Below, piece after piece: positions 1 through 14,627 of a DNA stretch of 64,000 nt; the stretch's first letter is position 1; the number at the start of each line of letters is the position of its first letter. The notes under the pieces were generated by a model. That model was not told the DNA's origin. It did no database searches and worked only from the letters and a program-made list of their open reading frames with translations. Origin of the DNA: Heptranchias perlo (lineage: Eukaryota). The DNA is taken from NCBI RefSeq assembly GCF_035084215.1, contig NC_090347.1, positions 25,544,001-25,608,000 of the forward strand. Reading direction: 5' to 3'. The translations under genes were made by a program, and so were the position numbers.

Positions 1-1269
1 TATATAGCGCCCTCATGTGGTTTATTTTTAATTCCGATGAGACTAGAATCATAAGGTTATGCACCAAAGCCCAAATAAATCATCTTTACTTCTTTCTAAT
101 TAAGCTTTTGTTATTTATTTTAAAAATAGATTAACAAAAAGGTTACACATGAAGCCAGATAAAGTTATTTTATATTATATATATATATAGAGAATTATGG
201 ACAGGAGGCGATTATAATCCAACCAAAGCATTTAGGTGTAAACACAAATCACAAGGCCTGTAACTTCAGTGGTTTATAGGTACCATCTGAATCCTGAGAT
301 TAGGTTACAATGTTTTAATCAGTTATTTATAACAATTGATCAACATTTTCATTGAAATTATATTTGCTCGACTTACTCTTTTTCCCTGTAGTCTAATGAC
401 TGGAAGCAAGTTTTGTTTTGGCAGACATCTGTTTTTGACATACAGTATACTTCTTGCGTGTTAAGATTCTCCTACCAGTGAATAAAACTGACATCTTGAT
501 AATAATGATGAAGTGGGCTAACAGATGTGAACAATTATTTTTGATAGCATACATTTTTGCAGCATTTTGTTGGCAGATGCCATTACACTAACATGACTGG
601 ATTGGATGAAGCACATTAGATAATGCCACTTCATTCACTATACTAACGAGACACTGGGCATATCACCTTACTACAAAACACAAATCACCACTGCACAAGC
701 CTATGGCAAGAGGACTTGGAACAATCCAGAGCATCAGTACAAGCATACCAATGCACATGAATTCAATTCTGGGGCATTACCTTAAGGGCTTATATTGATA
801 TATTGGGGCCATTACCTTTGGTGGGTCTTGGTGGAGGTGATGCAGCAAAAGTAAACCGCATTTCAGCAGGTCTCTACTACAATTTTCACATAAGGTGGTA
901 ATAGATGATTGCTGAGAACAATATAGCTCAATCACAGAAGGGCACAGAAAGTCCTTGTGATGCAGTTACTGTTTAAAAGAGAAATCAATTCCACTCAATA
1001 ACAGGCAAATTCCATGACCAGTGTAGTTTGCAACAAAAGGTTTATTTTCTTAGTTTCTCTCCTGAAATCTTTCTATTATCCATCTTATCTCGCCTAGAAG
1101 ACAATGGATTTGTGGATAACTCCATTTGAGTCCGGTGACTAATTTGGCATTCTTATTCATTATCCTTTCCATGCCATTACTATCCCAAAGCAGCATCTCT
1201 CTATAAGGATGGGCAGCACTTGTAAGTTTAAATTCCGTGATAGTAGCTCACAATCCTACCAAACTACAG

Positions 1270-1395
1270 AACATAAGAACTTAAGAAATAGGAGTAGGCC
1301 ATATGGCCCCTCAGGCCTGCTCCGCCATTCAATAAGATCATGGTTGATCTTCTACCTCAACTCCACTTTCCTGCCCGGTCCTCATACCCTTTGAT
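1270..1395 (-). mobile_element. CR1 3' UTR fragment
   Basis: aacataagaacttaagaaataggagtaggcc...ccgccattcaataagatcatgg, the same tail type as 37785 and 41828. Confidence 0.75.
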
Positions 1396-1439
1396 TACAC
1401 GTCCTTCTTTGCAGTCAAGCATTTAAGCATTTAAGACCA

Positions 1440-1920
1440 TCAAGGAAAATGGCACACAATTAGGACGGATTCAATTCCAAAAGGCAAATTATGAATTGAA
1501 TACCGCAAGAGAAGTGAAGGGTAATAATAAAAATAATGTTTAGTTCTATTAAGAGAAAAAGAAGAACGAGGGAAGTAGTGAGGGCATGACAACTGATGCT
1601 GCACAGGTGCCAGAAGTGTTAAATAGATTTATTGCCTCAGTCTTTACCAGGAGACAGGTAACCTATTTGATCTGGAAAGGGAGCTAGAGAGTGTTGTAGA
1701 GCTATGTTGTAATACTAGTCACATTATTACCAGCATGATTGCCGAACAGCTGTGCAACCTTTCAGGTAAATAAATCTCAGGGGCCGCATAAGATGCATTC
1801 AAGGATTCTTAAGGAAATAAGGGAGGAAATTGCAGGAGCTTTTCACAAATCTTCCAGAAATCACTGAATACTGGAGAGGTGCCTGGGGAGTGGGGGAAGG
1901 TCATTTTTGCTCCCTTTATT
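1440..1920 (+). mobile_element. Old CR1 ORF2 relic
   Basis: Decayed motifs ttgcctcagtctttacc, aggattcttaaggaa and ggagaggtgcctggggagtgg. Confidence 0.55.
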
Positions 1921-2150
1921 CAAAACAATGTACAATAAGAATTAATAATGTCCCAAAGACCATTCAGGATCCTACTGTGTTCAGAGAGCTGCAACTTTTT
2001 CTGTTCTTTATAAATTTCTTTAATATCCCATTAATATTACAGAAGGTTCCCCTCCTACTGATGGTCCCCAATTTATACTGTGGGACAGATTTAGCAACAG
2101 CTGATCGTGTAGCTCCAAGATTCATTCCTGTTCAGTTGCTTCAAAGTCAT

Positions 2151-4364
2151 GGGCATGATTTTAGCATGGCGGTGGGAAGTCAGTGGGTGGGTGGGTGGAT
2201 TTGTGTGTGGGGAACCCGATGGTAAGGTGATTGTGTTTAAATCTAAGATCGTATCTCGATTGCAGTCAATTACCTTTGCTTCTGGGTTTCGCGTCTCCAA
2301 GTTGCGCAGTGGGCCCCGTATGATGCAATTTAAAGCCCACTTTTTAAATGACCTGTCCAAGAATGGATTTTAATGGAGAAAGGAGAAATGGAGTCCTGGA
2401 AACCAAAGGCTGCACTGATGCTTCACTGGAAGTACAGGTGGGTGCAGTGAGAACCAGTAGGGAGGTAATTTACACAAGTGATAGGAGGAAGAAACCTGGT
2501 TTTGCCACCAAGAAAGTGTGGCTAGAGGTGGCAGGAGAGGTGGGCAGCAGGTGCCCAGGTCTTGGCTGCATTACAGAAAGTGGTTTAATGACCTAATCAG
2601 GTCAAGAAAAGTGAGTACATTTGCTGATTCACCCACATCCTGTGAAATGCAACACGCCCCCTCTCACTCTGTGTTGGCACGCCTACTCTATCACATCACT
2701 CCTTACATACACTTAAGTTTCAGCATCAACCATCCTTCAATTTCTAAGCACTTCCTCAACTCCCCATTTGTGCACTCACCACTGCCAATCAACCCAATCC
2801 TGATGCAGTGTGATGCATCTGTCACCTTCTGATGCATCTGTTTCATTGTCAGCCTTACCCAAAGCAATGATCCATCAGGTGACACCATCACCGTCAGTCA
2901 CTCACAATCTGTTCTTTCCCCCCTTGTAGGAGAAGAGAGCGCAAAATGCAAAGGAGAGGAGGAGGACTGGAGGTGGGCCATCACAAATAGTCCCGCTCAA
3001 AGATGCAGAGGAGGAGGCCATGGAGATAAGTTGCACCGCTGCATGCCTATCCATCGGAGATGTAGAGAACAGTAGCCTCCATTGAGCTTCAAGAACGGCT
3101 CTCAAATGAGTTCATGCAGGCCATGACAATAGCCGTGCGGACTCTGGGTCCCAACATGTCGTGGCACATCTGCTCACCAACTTGTTGGCCAATGGAGTGG
3201 TGGGAGTGATGTTGTGCTGGCCCGGGAGGGGGATGGTGGTGAAAGGTGACATGGAAGTGGGGACTCCACTCAAAGTGCTCCCACGTCTCACCCGTTGCCC
3301 CCCTCCTCAATCAGTACCCACAGCGCTGCCTCCTCTCCCAATAGCCGCATCTGCCCCTGCACAGGTATCTGAGCAACCTGCCACTACCTCTGTTGAAGCT
3401 ACAGGGATGCAGCACGTAGAAGTGATAGAAAGAGAAAGGCTAAGCAATTGGAATTCACGAAGGGTATGCACAAGGGTGTTTGACGAGCTGTCATGTTGTT
3501 AATTTATATATTTTTTAGTTATGGCACATTAAATTTAATCGTTATGACCACCACTGCCACATCTTGGACATTATTGAGTCCCTTTTGTGAATTCGCCCAT
3601 TCGTGTGCTTCATCATGAATGCTAAGACATGATGCCACCTATTGGGCGCGTGTGCAATGGGTGTATATGTGGTTGAAGGACTGTTTTGTGCAAAGGGAGG
3701 AGGTTGGGTTGGTGGCTGTTCCAGGCGATCTGAGTATTTCAAAGTCTTCAATTTGCACATCTCATTATGAGAACCTGTTAGAGATGAGCGAATCCCTGAC
3801 ATCACGGACAGCAATGTGCACGGCTGCTCTGGCGATGGGTTCTCCATCTTCATTTTCCTCCTCCTCAGATGTACTGTGGAATAGATCCATTGCACCCCCC
3901 ATCCTGACCTTGTCAGTTTGAGGGGGTTCAAAATGTAGGCCAATTTGTCTGAACACAAGAATTCTCAGTCTCAATAAAAAAATCTCAGTCTCAACACAAA
4001 GAACTCCCAGCCAAACGGTTGTCTGAGAGAAGTGAATGCCCAGCTGCAACACCTCACCTCTTATTCGGATGTGTCAATCATTGGTTAAAAGGCCAAATGA
4101 GCTTTGGCTGCAACTCGCCTCCTTTTCAATGGTGTGTAGCAGAAGCCACGGGAGACAGGTTCAGGAGCAGTTAAATCTGTTTCTGTTGCAAAATCCACAA
4201 AAAGTTAAGTACCTAAAGTGTTTCAACTACCTGAATTGGCCCTTTAAATATCAGCCTGCCAGCTTTAAGTGGGGATGGGACTTCCGGGTTTCTGTTGTGT
4301 GCGTGCAGCCTAACGCGCCTGGGTGAAAGGTCAGCCCAGTGTAACCATAACTAAAATGGCAGCC
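2151..4364. mobile_element. Older non-autonomous Harbinger relic
   Basis: Left TIR-like GGGCATGATTTTAG. Myb exon remnants on plus (ATKKVWLEVAGEV; aaa|gtgagt; ttgtag|gagaagaga; EQPATTS). Transposase C-terminal remnant on minus (~3780-3890). Right end approximate. Confidence 0.7.
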
Positions 4365-7300
4365 ACGATTCAATTGCTGCCACTAGCCGCTGTACAGCTC
4401 CACCAATAGCCTAGTGGGAAAAGGCACCACCCAGTATAGTACTAATTTATACAGGGCAGAAGGTCCTAGGTTAGATCCCCAGTCTGTGCTTAGTTAGCTG
4501 ATCTCACTGAGGACGCTTTTGGAATGGAACAATTGCTCCTGTGTCCTGGGCTAAGGAGGGGGGAAAAGCTAAGGTTTCTGTTCCTGAACACAATCCAGTG
4601 ACCCAGTTGGGATGAACGCACCAACAGACTCAAACACGAGGTCTTGCCCTTAGAAGGGATGGGTACTGTGAGAAAAAACTACCAGTATATATAAACACTG
4701 AAGGAAAAGGGAAATCATTTTGGCCAAAGTATGAGTTTGGAGAGATTCCAGTTACAGTATAGTTTAAATGGAAATGTTGCCATGAATACAAAAGAATGAA
4801 CAAATAAAACAGTGGTCCAAGGTTTTGGTAACCCTTTCTCTTCGCTGGCTGATTTAGTTTTCCAGATGACAACTAGCATTTATGATCATACAAAAATAAC
4901 AGGCTGGAAAAGACCAGCTAGTCCTCCACCAGCCCCACCAGCAGCAGCCACAAAATCTCCTGGAAGTGGCAAAAAAACTAGAGGAAAAAACTCTGGGCCA
5001 ATTCATGGAAAAATAATCTGGAAATTCTTCTCCAAGCCACAAAACGAATTCCAAGAGACTACAGTGACCATGAGACACATTGCCCAGTATCCCACCTACC
5101 TTCGGTATGGTGTGAAAATGTCCCAAAGTGCTTCGCAGATAAGAATTTAAACTAACAGTCACATTGATAGAGAGGGCAACAAATTAATTGGTAGTCAAAA
5201 CCTACAGATAATGGCAACTAGCTAAGTAACACATCTTGAGGAGGGAATTATCCGCCAGATCAAACTTAAGTAACATGCATTAATTCCGATTAATTGAATC
5301 TTTATTATTACTTCCCATTCAGCAATAATATTTTCTCTATGGTCAACTGTATTGGTTTAGTTAATTATTACTGAACTGCAACTGAAAACAACCAGCATCA
5401 TACTGTGATTTTAATGGGTTTGCAATGTCTTGGTGGACATTGAGCATCAGTATTTTACAAAAAATAGAAGCTGATCTGCATCAGGGCATTTCTGGAAATC
5501 TGTTCGCAGATCCCAGTGCAACATTAGCTGTTTTTGCTGTGGGTTTCAGGCAGAGAAACTGCTTAGCCAACTAGGCGTCTCACAGTCTAAACAGCAGCTT
5601 GTAATTCTTTTTCAAGTGCCAGATTGTCTTAGGATGACTTGGCCAACTATCTGGGACCACAGCAAAAGGCAATCCTGCCAAGTGTCAGCATGCACATGAA
5701 ACTGAGGTCTGTACGTTTCTGGTCACGTTCAATTTGCTCACAGATGCTAGCAGCTGCTCAGACACACTTGCTCACTGTACTGAATACCAGTATTAAAACC
5801 ACTGAAAGAAAACAGTGCTGGCACTGTAAACATCGCCTGAATAGCAAGTACAGTACAATATGGAAGGAAATCAAATTAAAGCTACATTCCAAAACTTCCC
5901 AGGCGTTGATGTCACTTACTGTAACTGTTCAGGCAGAAAATATGTATTGAAGAATTGTTGACACTCGTACAGACCCATATTAGCAACATCAAATTTTCTT
6001 GAGAAAGCTATAAGCCTTACTATATTGGAACAAAGGGATCCATTTTACACTGAACACAATTACAATAATTTACAATAAGTTACAATAAAATGAAGTTTGA
6101 AAAGTCCCAGTGGAGTTACTTTCATTCAGATGCTTTCCAATTTAACAAAACTCTTTTAAAATTATGTTTTGATCTTATAAATATAATTTATAATATTAAA
6201 CTTTATAATTTCTTATGTTCACAATGAAATGTGTGTAACTCTTAGATTGCCAACAGTTATGGAGAAATTCCCATCTCGCTCAGTTTGGTTAGTTTTCAGC
6301 TCATATATTACATTGTAGAAAAATTGCAACATTACCGTAATAGAGTTGATTAAATATCAGGATTTTTTAATTACTACAATGTTAACTCTTTCTAATTAAA
6401 ATGTACACTTAAAATGCAATTTTAACTATCTACATTAAAAATCTTACATGTATGTGCACTTCCTGTCCACAAACCTTGCTTCCTGTTGTCATAATTTTCC
6501 ATCGCATTTTTATGTCACCATTTAACATTGAAAAATCCCTATATTAACATTTGTAATGGAAAAACCTCATATTGAGACATAAACATTTCCTATCTCTGTC
6601 CTATACTCGTCACAATGTAGCTTGTACCTCCACAATTCCGTCTCTTTTGGCATGGTTGAACATTCTCTGATATCTCTTCCCTGCCTACCCTGACTCTGGT
6701 AGCCATCTTGGTTTTCATTTAATCTGAAGGCAAGTTTCAGATAAATTGGATTTTTAACATCAATTTTTATAACTCCATTTTTATTTTAGATCTTATTAAC
6801 TTTTTTTTACCATTCTCAGCATCCTGCTGCCACCCACCGAGCCTTTAGTAACAGTTGACCCTTGTCTAGTATCTCGCTGGGCCCCTCCGGCCCCGATGCC
6901 TGGTCTCCTTCTCTTTGCCTTGTCAGCTGCCTACTGCTTTAACCTGCTAAGCTTTCTCAGCAGTCTTAGGCCTGTTTCCTGTAAACCTAATGTACTGTTA
7001 TCCCTCCCTTAGCAGCCCACAATCCAGCTCTTCTCTGGATCAATTACCCATCTATTGCCTTCATTCCTTAGCCATGAGTTTTGTACCCCCTCCCACTGTT
7101 TCCCCATGACATTGAGGAATATCCTGTTGTTTAATACATATCAAATTTCCAATAACAGGACCTTCCCCAATGTCATGGGAAAGTCCTTCAGGGATCCCAA
7201 TCTGAACCCTTTCACTTCAAAAACTGGTTCCCAGTAAAGGCCACAAGAGATCTACCTGATTTTTAAAAATAAATTAAGCATTATTTCTAATTATCCTATC

Positions 7301-8359
7301 ATGCTCTTCTCCCCATTTGCTTTTCTTTCTCATTCTTTATAATACTTTTATTTATATTTTAACTTTAAGATGATTCATTCCCACCTATATTTTCTTCTCA
7401 TGCTTTATCCTGCCTCCCATTATGATTGGGGAAGGAGGAGTAAGTTTTGAAAACTGCCTTTTTCATTGGTGAAACTGTTTTTTCCGCTAATCAAAAACTC
7501 ATGCTTCAACATCTACCATGACTGGGCTAATCTGTGATGTGGTTGCAAGAGGGCTGCCAAACAAATATTGTCATTAGCAGTTTGCTGAGCCTGAAGCACC
7601 AGATTATCGAACTTGTCCCTGGCAACCAAAAAGTTAATCTCAGTAAAGGGAAATATTACCGAAATACCAATCACAATTTTAAAAAAACTATTCCACAAAA
7701 TGTAAAGCGGTAAGGATTAATTTATCTTTTTCTAAGACAGGTTCAGTTAAGGTTCCTCCCTCCGCAAAAAGTGAATCAGTACAATTTTCTTAGCCACAGG
7801 GGTCACCGTTAGTTCTGCAATCCTCCACAGTGAATCCCAATCTGTTGCAGGTTGATTGTACGTAGCAATGGACACTTGTTGCTATACAGTCATTTCAAAA
7901 CTGCTGGTTAGAAGCAGCCTGGGAGAAGACTAATCTGTCAAATCCACTCTTCAGATCTTCAGTGACATATACTGTCAGAATGCATGAAGGTAGCATTGAT
8001 ATACTTGAATTTTTCTACTTTATACTTGCACATCATGAAGCATCTTTCCAGTGACATCATGCAGCAACATAGAGGACAGCAGTTTGAGAGCATAAAATAC
8101 AGTAACAAAGCATCATCAACATTCAGATATTTTACTTCAGAATATTCACATATTTCAGGGAGATATTCCCATGGCATTACTTGAAGAGCAGGTTTGGCCT
8201 ACACGGCCTCCCTTAACTACCACCAAAAACAGATTAACTGGTCATTCCTTTCACCACTGTTTGTGGGACAGCATTAGTGCAAAATGGCTATTGTTTTTGC
8301 CGAGATAACAACAGCAACTGCACATCAAAAGTAATTCATTGTGTGGAAAACTTTCAACA

Positions 8360-9040
8360 TGGTAAGGTGCTCCATTAGACAGAAAGGGCACCGGTAGGCA
8401 CTTAAAATCAGCCAGGTGACTTACCCATCGACGTCCTGCACCAATCCCGCTGTTTTCCATTTTAACCTGCTCTTCTAAGCAGGTGGCAAGAACGCCCGCC
8501 TGAAGCCAGCGGGGTCCTTCTTTAAATGTGCCGATCGAGGTCGAATGACATCATTAGGCCCCGATTGTAATTTTAACTGTGGCCTGAGTGAAGAAATGGC
8601 TGTGCTTTTCCCACCAGGTAAAAATGGCGGGAAGACCACCCAAGGCCGTAAGAAGACCAAACATGTATGTTTTAAAAACTTTTTATTTTACTTTCCTCGT
8701 GGAGCAAGGAGGGGCAGGAGTGCTCCCCTGCTCCGAGTTCCCCCCCACTTCCCTCCCACGAGATCCTCCCCAAAGACCCCTCCCTGTGACTTGCCTTGTT
8801 TCCAGCGACCGTTCCTTTGGTGTTGGCGGACAGCCTCCTGCCACCAGAAGTACCGCCCCCGCCCTCCGGCCAGCTGCTGCTTCCTGCCCGTTTCGAGCGG
8901 GCAGCTGACCAGCGACATTCAGATGAGGCCCGAGAGTTGAAATCGCCAGGGCCTCACACAGTCAAGGTTAGGGGCAGGGGTTTGGAGTTCACCTCTACCC
9001 CTCCCACTCAATCCCAGCTTCCTGTATAAATCATGGCTAG
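8360..9040. mobile_element. GC-rich non-autonomous DNA-transposon-like repeat
   Basis: GC-rich island sharing the gcggggtcc-tctttaaat and cccgatt-tt motifs with Harbinger subtermini and with 61880-62300. Ends unresolved. Confidence 0.4.
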
Positions 9041-10351
9041 AATTTTTTTTAAAATTAAGAATGTATATATTTATTTAAATAGTTGTAGAGAAGTCCCTTG
9101 CCTACATAGTTTTCCTTACATTGCGTTATATTCACCATCTAAATTTCTACACTTATACTTCTCATTCTGGAGTAATCAATAATTTAGTAAATATGAAGTA
9201 TCTTGGAAAGGGAATTTTAATCACTGTATATTTGATCCATTTTCATATCTCATGCCATTATACTAGGAAGATAAATCGATCTTGACTCGAGGTTAATGGA
9301 TTCTAAAGATTAGTATCATTTGAGGTATAGCAAATGATAAAACATGAATATATATTTTTAATTACATCAGCGGTTGCTCAGCATAAGGCAAAATTAAGAG
9401 CAAAAATGACAACCCCTATCAGATACACCACACATCCTGAAATTCATTCATGTCATCAGGTCACTGGGCTATTTTTCAATTATGCTTTATTATTTTGTTA
9501 ATAAGTAACCCTATTTGAAGCTAAAAATGATACTCGTGCCAAATGGAGGAATAAGAGATGAACAGGGGGAATGACTGAAATTCTTACGCTATCCTGAAGG
9601 AGTCTATCTAAAGCTTTACAATAACTTCCTTACACCCTTGATCCTCCAGGGCACTGAGACACTCTTTACAATAATTTCCTTTTTTTTAAAACCACAAATC
9701 CATCTCACGATTTGGTCCTGAATTTTATACCTAAGGAATGCAATGGAAGAGCCAAAGGAAGCATGTGTTGGAGATCCAGATCATGAAAGAGGAGTGTTTG
9801 GAGACATGTCTTATATGGCACAAGCATCATAGCTGGTGTTGAGCCTTTTGTGGTGTGTGGGCATTTGAAAGATTGTAGGTTTTTTAAACTGGTGAGGTAA
9901 TTACGATAGAACATTTCCACAAATCTAATTTTATTATAGGTTTCTCTGTTGAAACAACTGTAATTTATAGATCTAGTGATTTTTTTTAATCAACCACGAT
10001 TTTATTCTGGAAGGTGTGATAACTGGTCATGTGGTGTAGCTTATGATACGGTGCAACTTGTCAAAATAGTACAGCGAAAAATTGCATCACACACAGCAGC
10101 CACTGCCACCACATAAAAATGGTTTGATTTTCTCTTCTTTATATTGTAAAACTGGATAAGGGTATCATCATCTCAATCATGCAAATAGTTCATGAAAGCT
10201 AATTGAGCTATTGAGTGATTCTAGGTGAGTAGCCAGGTTTATCGAATTGCACTGGATGCCAACAATGATCTTTTGTTTATTGATAAATCACTCAGTTTCT
10301 CAACAGTCCATCAGGATCTGATCCTTCTCTGGGCTATTGGCTACAATCGCC

Positions 10352-10520
10352 TGGAATTTCCGTGAGAGCTCACCTAATCTTTTGCCATAACTTCGGCCGA
10401 AGGTCAACAGAAACCTTAGATAAACTGCATTAACAGCCGTTCACACTGTTTCTCCAGGGTTTCCGTTGATTTTCCATCGTAGTTGTAGCAGGAGATCAGG
10501 AGAATCCTAAAGGAAATTCT
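10352..10520. mobile_element. Degenerate palindromic MITE
   Basis: Ends gaatttcc / ggaaattc. Inner arms gaaaccttagataaac / gtttctccagggtttc. Confidence 0.55.
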
Positions 10521-11252
10521 ACCCACTGCAGAATAGCAATAAACAAAACAAATAGAATATTGAACTATTTAACTGGAACAGTCGAGTACATAGCAGAAGA
10601 AGTCATGCTGAAACTATATGCTGCTCTGGTCAAACCCACCTTGAGTACTGTTTGCAATTCTGGTCTCTGAAACACAAGGAGGGAATTCAAGTGCTGGAGC
10701 CAGTGCAGAGCAGAGCCATTATGTTGAGTCCTAGGGCTCGATTTTACCAGCGGGTTCCGGGTGCGTTCCCGGCTGGGGGGGGCGTCGAAAATCGCGATAT
10801 CCAGGTGCGTCACCGGATTGCGCCTCGATCCCGCCCACTTCCGGGTTTCACGCTGACGTGCGGGGGTGCGTGCGCAGACCCCGCTGGTGGGAATCCCGCA
10901 GGCAATTAAAGCCAGCGGGATGCCACTTGAGTGTATTTACCTTGCTTGTTGAGGTCATTAAATGACCTGATTCAGCTGTCATAACAGGAAGTGTGGGATT
11001 TTACCTTCAACTCAGACTGTTTCACACACTGGGGGAAACAGTTTCACTCCAACTGGACGTGTGGCAGCTGCCAAGGTGCACTCCACAGGGGGGGGGAGAG
11101 CCCTCACCCACGCAGGAGGCCACCGCGTCACATAGGGCAACCCCTGCCCTCCACCAGCCCCCCCCAAGCCGACAGACCGACGTGAAACCGCAGCCCCAGT
11201 GCGAGGAACCACCCACCTACCCTGCACAACCCCTCAGACCAACACCTGCCAG

Positions 11253-12499
11253 ATGGGTGGTGCGTTGACATCCTCGGAGGACGAACAGCATGACCAGCCC
11301 CAGCAGCCTCGCAGTCCACGCCGTCCGCCTCAGCGACATGGAGCCCCCCAACACGGTGCTGTGGCACACCCACCTGCACAACAGGAGGGAGGGCAACCGC
11401 AGAGAGAGATGCGTCGCAGGAGGCACTACCCTCCGCACAGGGTCTACAGACAGAGGCTCAGCTTCATGGACCTCTCCGAGGAGCAGTGCATACGGCGGCT
11501 CAGAGTCAATCGCCAGGTAGTCGCCGACATCTGCAGCCTCCTTAATGACGAGCTGCTCCCGGATGGACCAAGCAGCATCTTCTTACCTGTCGCCGTCAAA
11601 GTCACCACTGCCCTCAACTTCTTCGCATCCGGATCCTTCCAGGGTGCCACCGGTGTCTGTCAGTCGTCTGCACACAAGTGCATAAGGCAGGTCACCGATG
11701 GGTTGTTCCGCAGGGCCTCGCACTACATCAACTTCACCATGGACGAGCGCAGCCAGATGGAGAGGGCGGTTGGATTCCATGCCATGGCTGGCTTCCCACG
11801 GGTACAGGGTGTAATCGACTGCACCCACATCGCAATACGGGCACCTCCGCATGAGCCAGGGCTGTTCATCAACAGGAAGGGGTATCACTCCATGAACGCG
11901 CAGCTCATCTGTGACCACCGCCAGAGATTCCTACACGTGTGCGCCAGATACCCCGGCAGCTGCCACGATGCCTTCGTCCTCAGGGAGTCCACCGTCCCGC
12001 CCATCTTCCACGCATCCAACGCCGGCAACGGCTGGCTCATCGGCAACAAGGGGCTTCCCCTACACACGTGGCTCATGACGCTCTGAGGAACCCCATCACC
12101 GAGCCGGAGCGTCGGTACAATGACAGCCACACTGCTACCAGGTCTACAATTGAGCAGACCATAGGACTGCTCAAGATGCGCTTCAGGTGCCTTGATCGTT
12201 CTGGGGGAGCGCTCCAATACACACCATTCAGAGTGGGACGAATCATAGTTGTCTGCTGTGCCCTGCATAACATGGCACTACAGAGAGGGGTGCCGCTGGA
12301 GGAGGCCCCATCCACACCCGCCACCCACATTGAGGATAGCGATGAGGACGAGGAGGTGGAGGTGGAGGAGGAGGAGGAGGAGGAGGAGGGGGAAGAGGGG
12401 GACGCGCCAGAGGATGATGTACGACCCATGCGCCGAACCTCGACTCACCGGGATGCTCGCCGGGCCAGGGAGGCACTCATATGTCAACGGTTCTCCTAG
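11253..12499 (+). pseudogene. Harbinger (HARBI1-like) DDE transposase, disrupted
   Basis: Motifs ALNFFASGSFQ, GFPRVQGVIDCTHI, NRKGYHSMN, YPGSCHD and IEQTIGLLKMRFRCL. Frameshift near 12080 joins ORFs 11199-12086 and 11939-12499. The GDxGY motif reads GNKGL (AAC at 12045-12047). Confidence 0.9.
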
Positions 12500-12798
12500 A
12501 GTCAGACAGTGCGAGGCGTTCGCATCTCCTCACCTGCACATGCGAGGGGCCATATCAGCTCCCTCCACTGAAGAGTGTTGCCAGTACTCCTGCACCCACA
12601 GCAGTGTGCCCAATGGGTGGCAGCAGGTGTTCACCGTCATGATGGGCTGCACGGAACGCAACTATTGCACAGGCCGCGGAAGAATGGACGAGAGGTGGCA
12701 GGAGTGGTGAGAACGATAGTGTTTAATATCTACAAGGTGCAATACTATAAACAAAAAGTGTACAAATTAACAGACACCCTGGTGCATTCCCTTTGTGC

Positions 12799-14627
12799 TT
12801 ATAACGCCTTTGGATTTCGTTTCCGGGTACCCCTACGTGGTGCTACCCCTGTGGCTCCAGCAGAGGTAGTGGCAGGTTGCTCCTGTTCTTGCCTTGACCG
12901 GGTAGATGGGTTTCGGTGCCCGTGAGGGCACCTCCACAGACTGCTCCTCCTGCACCTGTGCAGGGGCAGACTCGGCCACCTGGAGAGGAGGCACCATTGC
13001 GGGTACTGGTTGAGAGGGGGGCAACGGGTGGGACGTGGGGGCACCTTGACAAGCGTCCCCGCTTCCATGTCCCCAGTCACCATCATCCCTCTCGTGGCCT
13101 CGGCCCACATCACCCCTTCCACCCTGCTGGACGACAGTTTGGATTGCATGTGTGAGGCCTTGCAGCACCACCCCTAGTGTATCCGTCAGCCTGTTTATGG
13201 CGGTGGAATGTTGCTCACCCTGAATCCGTACAGCCGTTGTCAGGGCCTGCACGGACTCGATGTGGAGCTGTGCGTGACGCTCGAGGGAGGCCAGCCTGTC
13301 CTCCACCGCAGACGCTCCCGCACCTACCCGCGACACTATGTCGCTGGTACCCTCCTGTGCCTGCGCCACCAATGCCCGCATGCAGGAGTTGGACTCCTCC
13401 ATCGCCTGCACGATTGTGGACAATGCGCGCGGCACCTCTCCCAGTACCTCGGCAATTAGCTGGTGCCCCTCGACGGCTCTCCTTTTCACTGGTGGCCCCC
13501 TGGGTTCAGCATCTGGGTCCGGCTGAGCAGAGCCTGGAGATGAGTGCTCCCTCCGTCGCGGACCCTCCGCGGCTGCCCCTGCCACCAGGGTCTGCTCATG
13601 CTCACACGTGCGCGGTGAATCACCAAGTGCTACCCCAACTAGTTGGTGAGGGGGACCCACCGAGGTGCGTGTCTCTGCGCTGGTGGATGGTTGGCTCATA
13701 TGTGACGATGCACCCTCAGAGACCGGCATGTCCTCTGAGGAATCGCCCTCCTCACACGAAGCGCTCGCAGACGGCCCTGCAAGGGAACAGAGGGCACTAT
13801 GAGGCATGTGCACAAATGTTACAGTGCGCCTGATGCCAGGTGATGATACGGTCACTCGCGATCATGAGTGTTGAGTGTCAGCTTTCCCTTACCGGCCGTT
13901 TCTGCAGCGACAGACTCGCCATCCGCAACAGAGAGGCAATGTCGCGTGCCGGCGAGGTCGAGCGCCTCCACCTCTGCATCCGTCAGATCGACCACGTGCG
14001 GCGGGCCCCCTCCGGTGCGGGCCCTTTCTCTGTTGTTCTTGCATCTCTTCTCCTGTCAAGGCAAAACACAGATGCGTGAGTGAGTGCATATTGCATAGTG
14101 AGACGCATCAAGCATCAGTGTGGGTGGGTTGAGCGTGGGTTGAGCTTGGGGCGGATGGATGGGAGGATGCGTGTGCCACATGCCCATCCCATTGCATGGG
14201 GATTGGGGTGTGTGGTAGTGTTCGGGTGGGGACAGGGACGGTGGGTACTTGCGGGCATGGCGAGGATGGTGAGTGAGTGGCTGTGAGGATTGCTGCGGGA
14301 GCGCTGTGGTGGCTCTGCAGGAGGGGTTGTGATATGTTTGGCGTGATGGTGGGGACGGGTTGTGGGAGGGTGCGTTGGTGTACTCACCTTGCCGGACCTA
14401 GTGAGGTCATTGAACCACTTGCGGCACTGCTCCAATGTCCTGGGGGTGTTGGCCCTGCTGCTGACCTCCACCGCCACCTCTACCCATGCCTTCCTGGTGG
14501 CGGAGCCAGGGCACTTGCGTCCGTCCGCAGGGAACAGCGTGTCCCTCCTCCTCCTCACGCCCTCCAGCATCAGCTGCAGCGCGAGGTCCGAGAAGCGTGG
14601 CGCAGCCTTGCCCCTGGGTTGCGCCAT
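12799..14627 (-). CDS. Harbinger Myb/SANT-like DNA-binding protein, 3 exons (14627-14388, 14052-13893, 13776-~12799), probable frameshift near 12915
   Basis: Exon 1 is exactly 80 codons (MAQPRGKAAPRFSD...KAWVEVA...RTLEQCRKWFNDL) followed by gtgagt. Exon 2 encodes EKRCKNNRERARTGGG, then gtaag. Exon 3 starts at ttgcag|GG in phase 1. All GT-AG junctions preserve frame. Confidence 0.82.

Noticed and set aside
11253-14627. Domesticated host genes (HARBI1, MSANTD/NAIF1)
   Set aside because: Enclosed by TIRs and a TSD, multicopy within the window, and the transposase is frameshifted.
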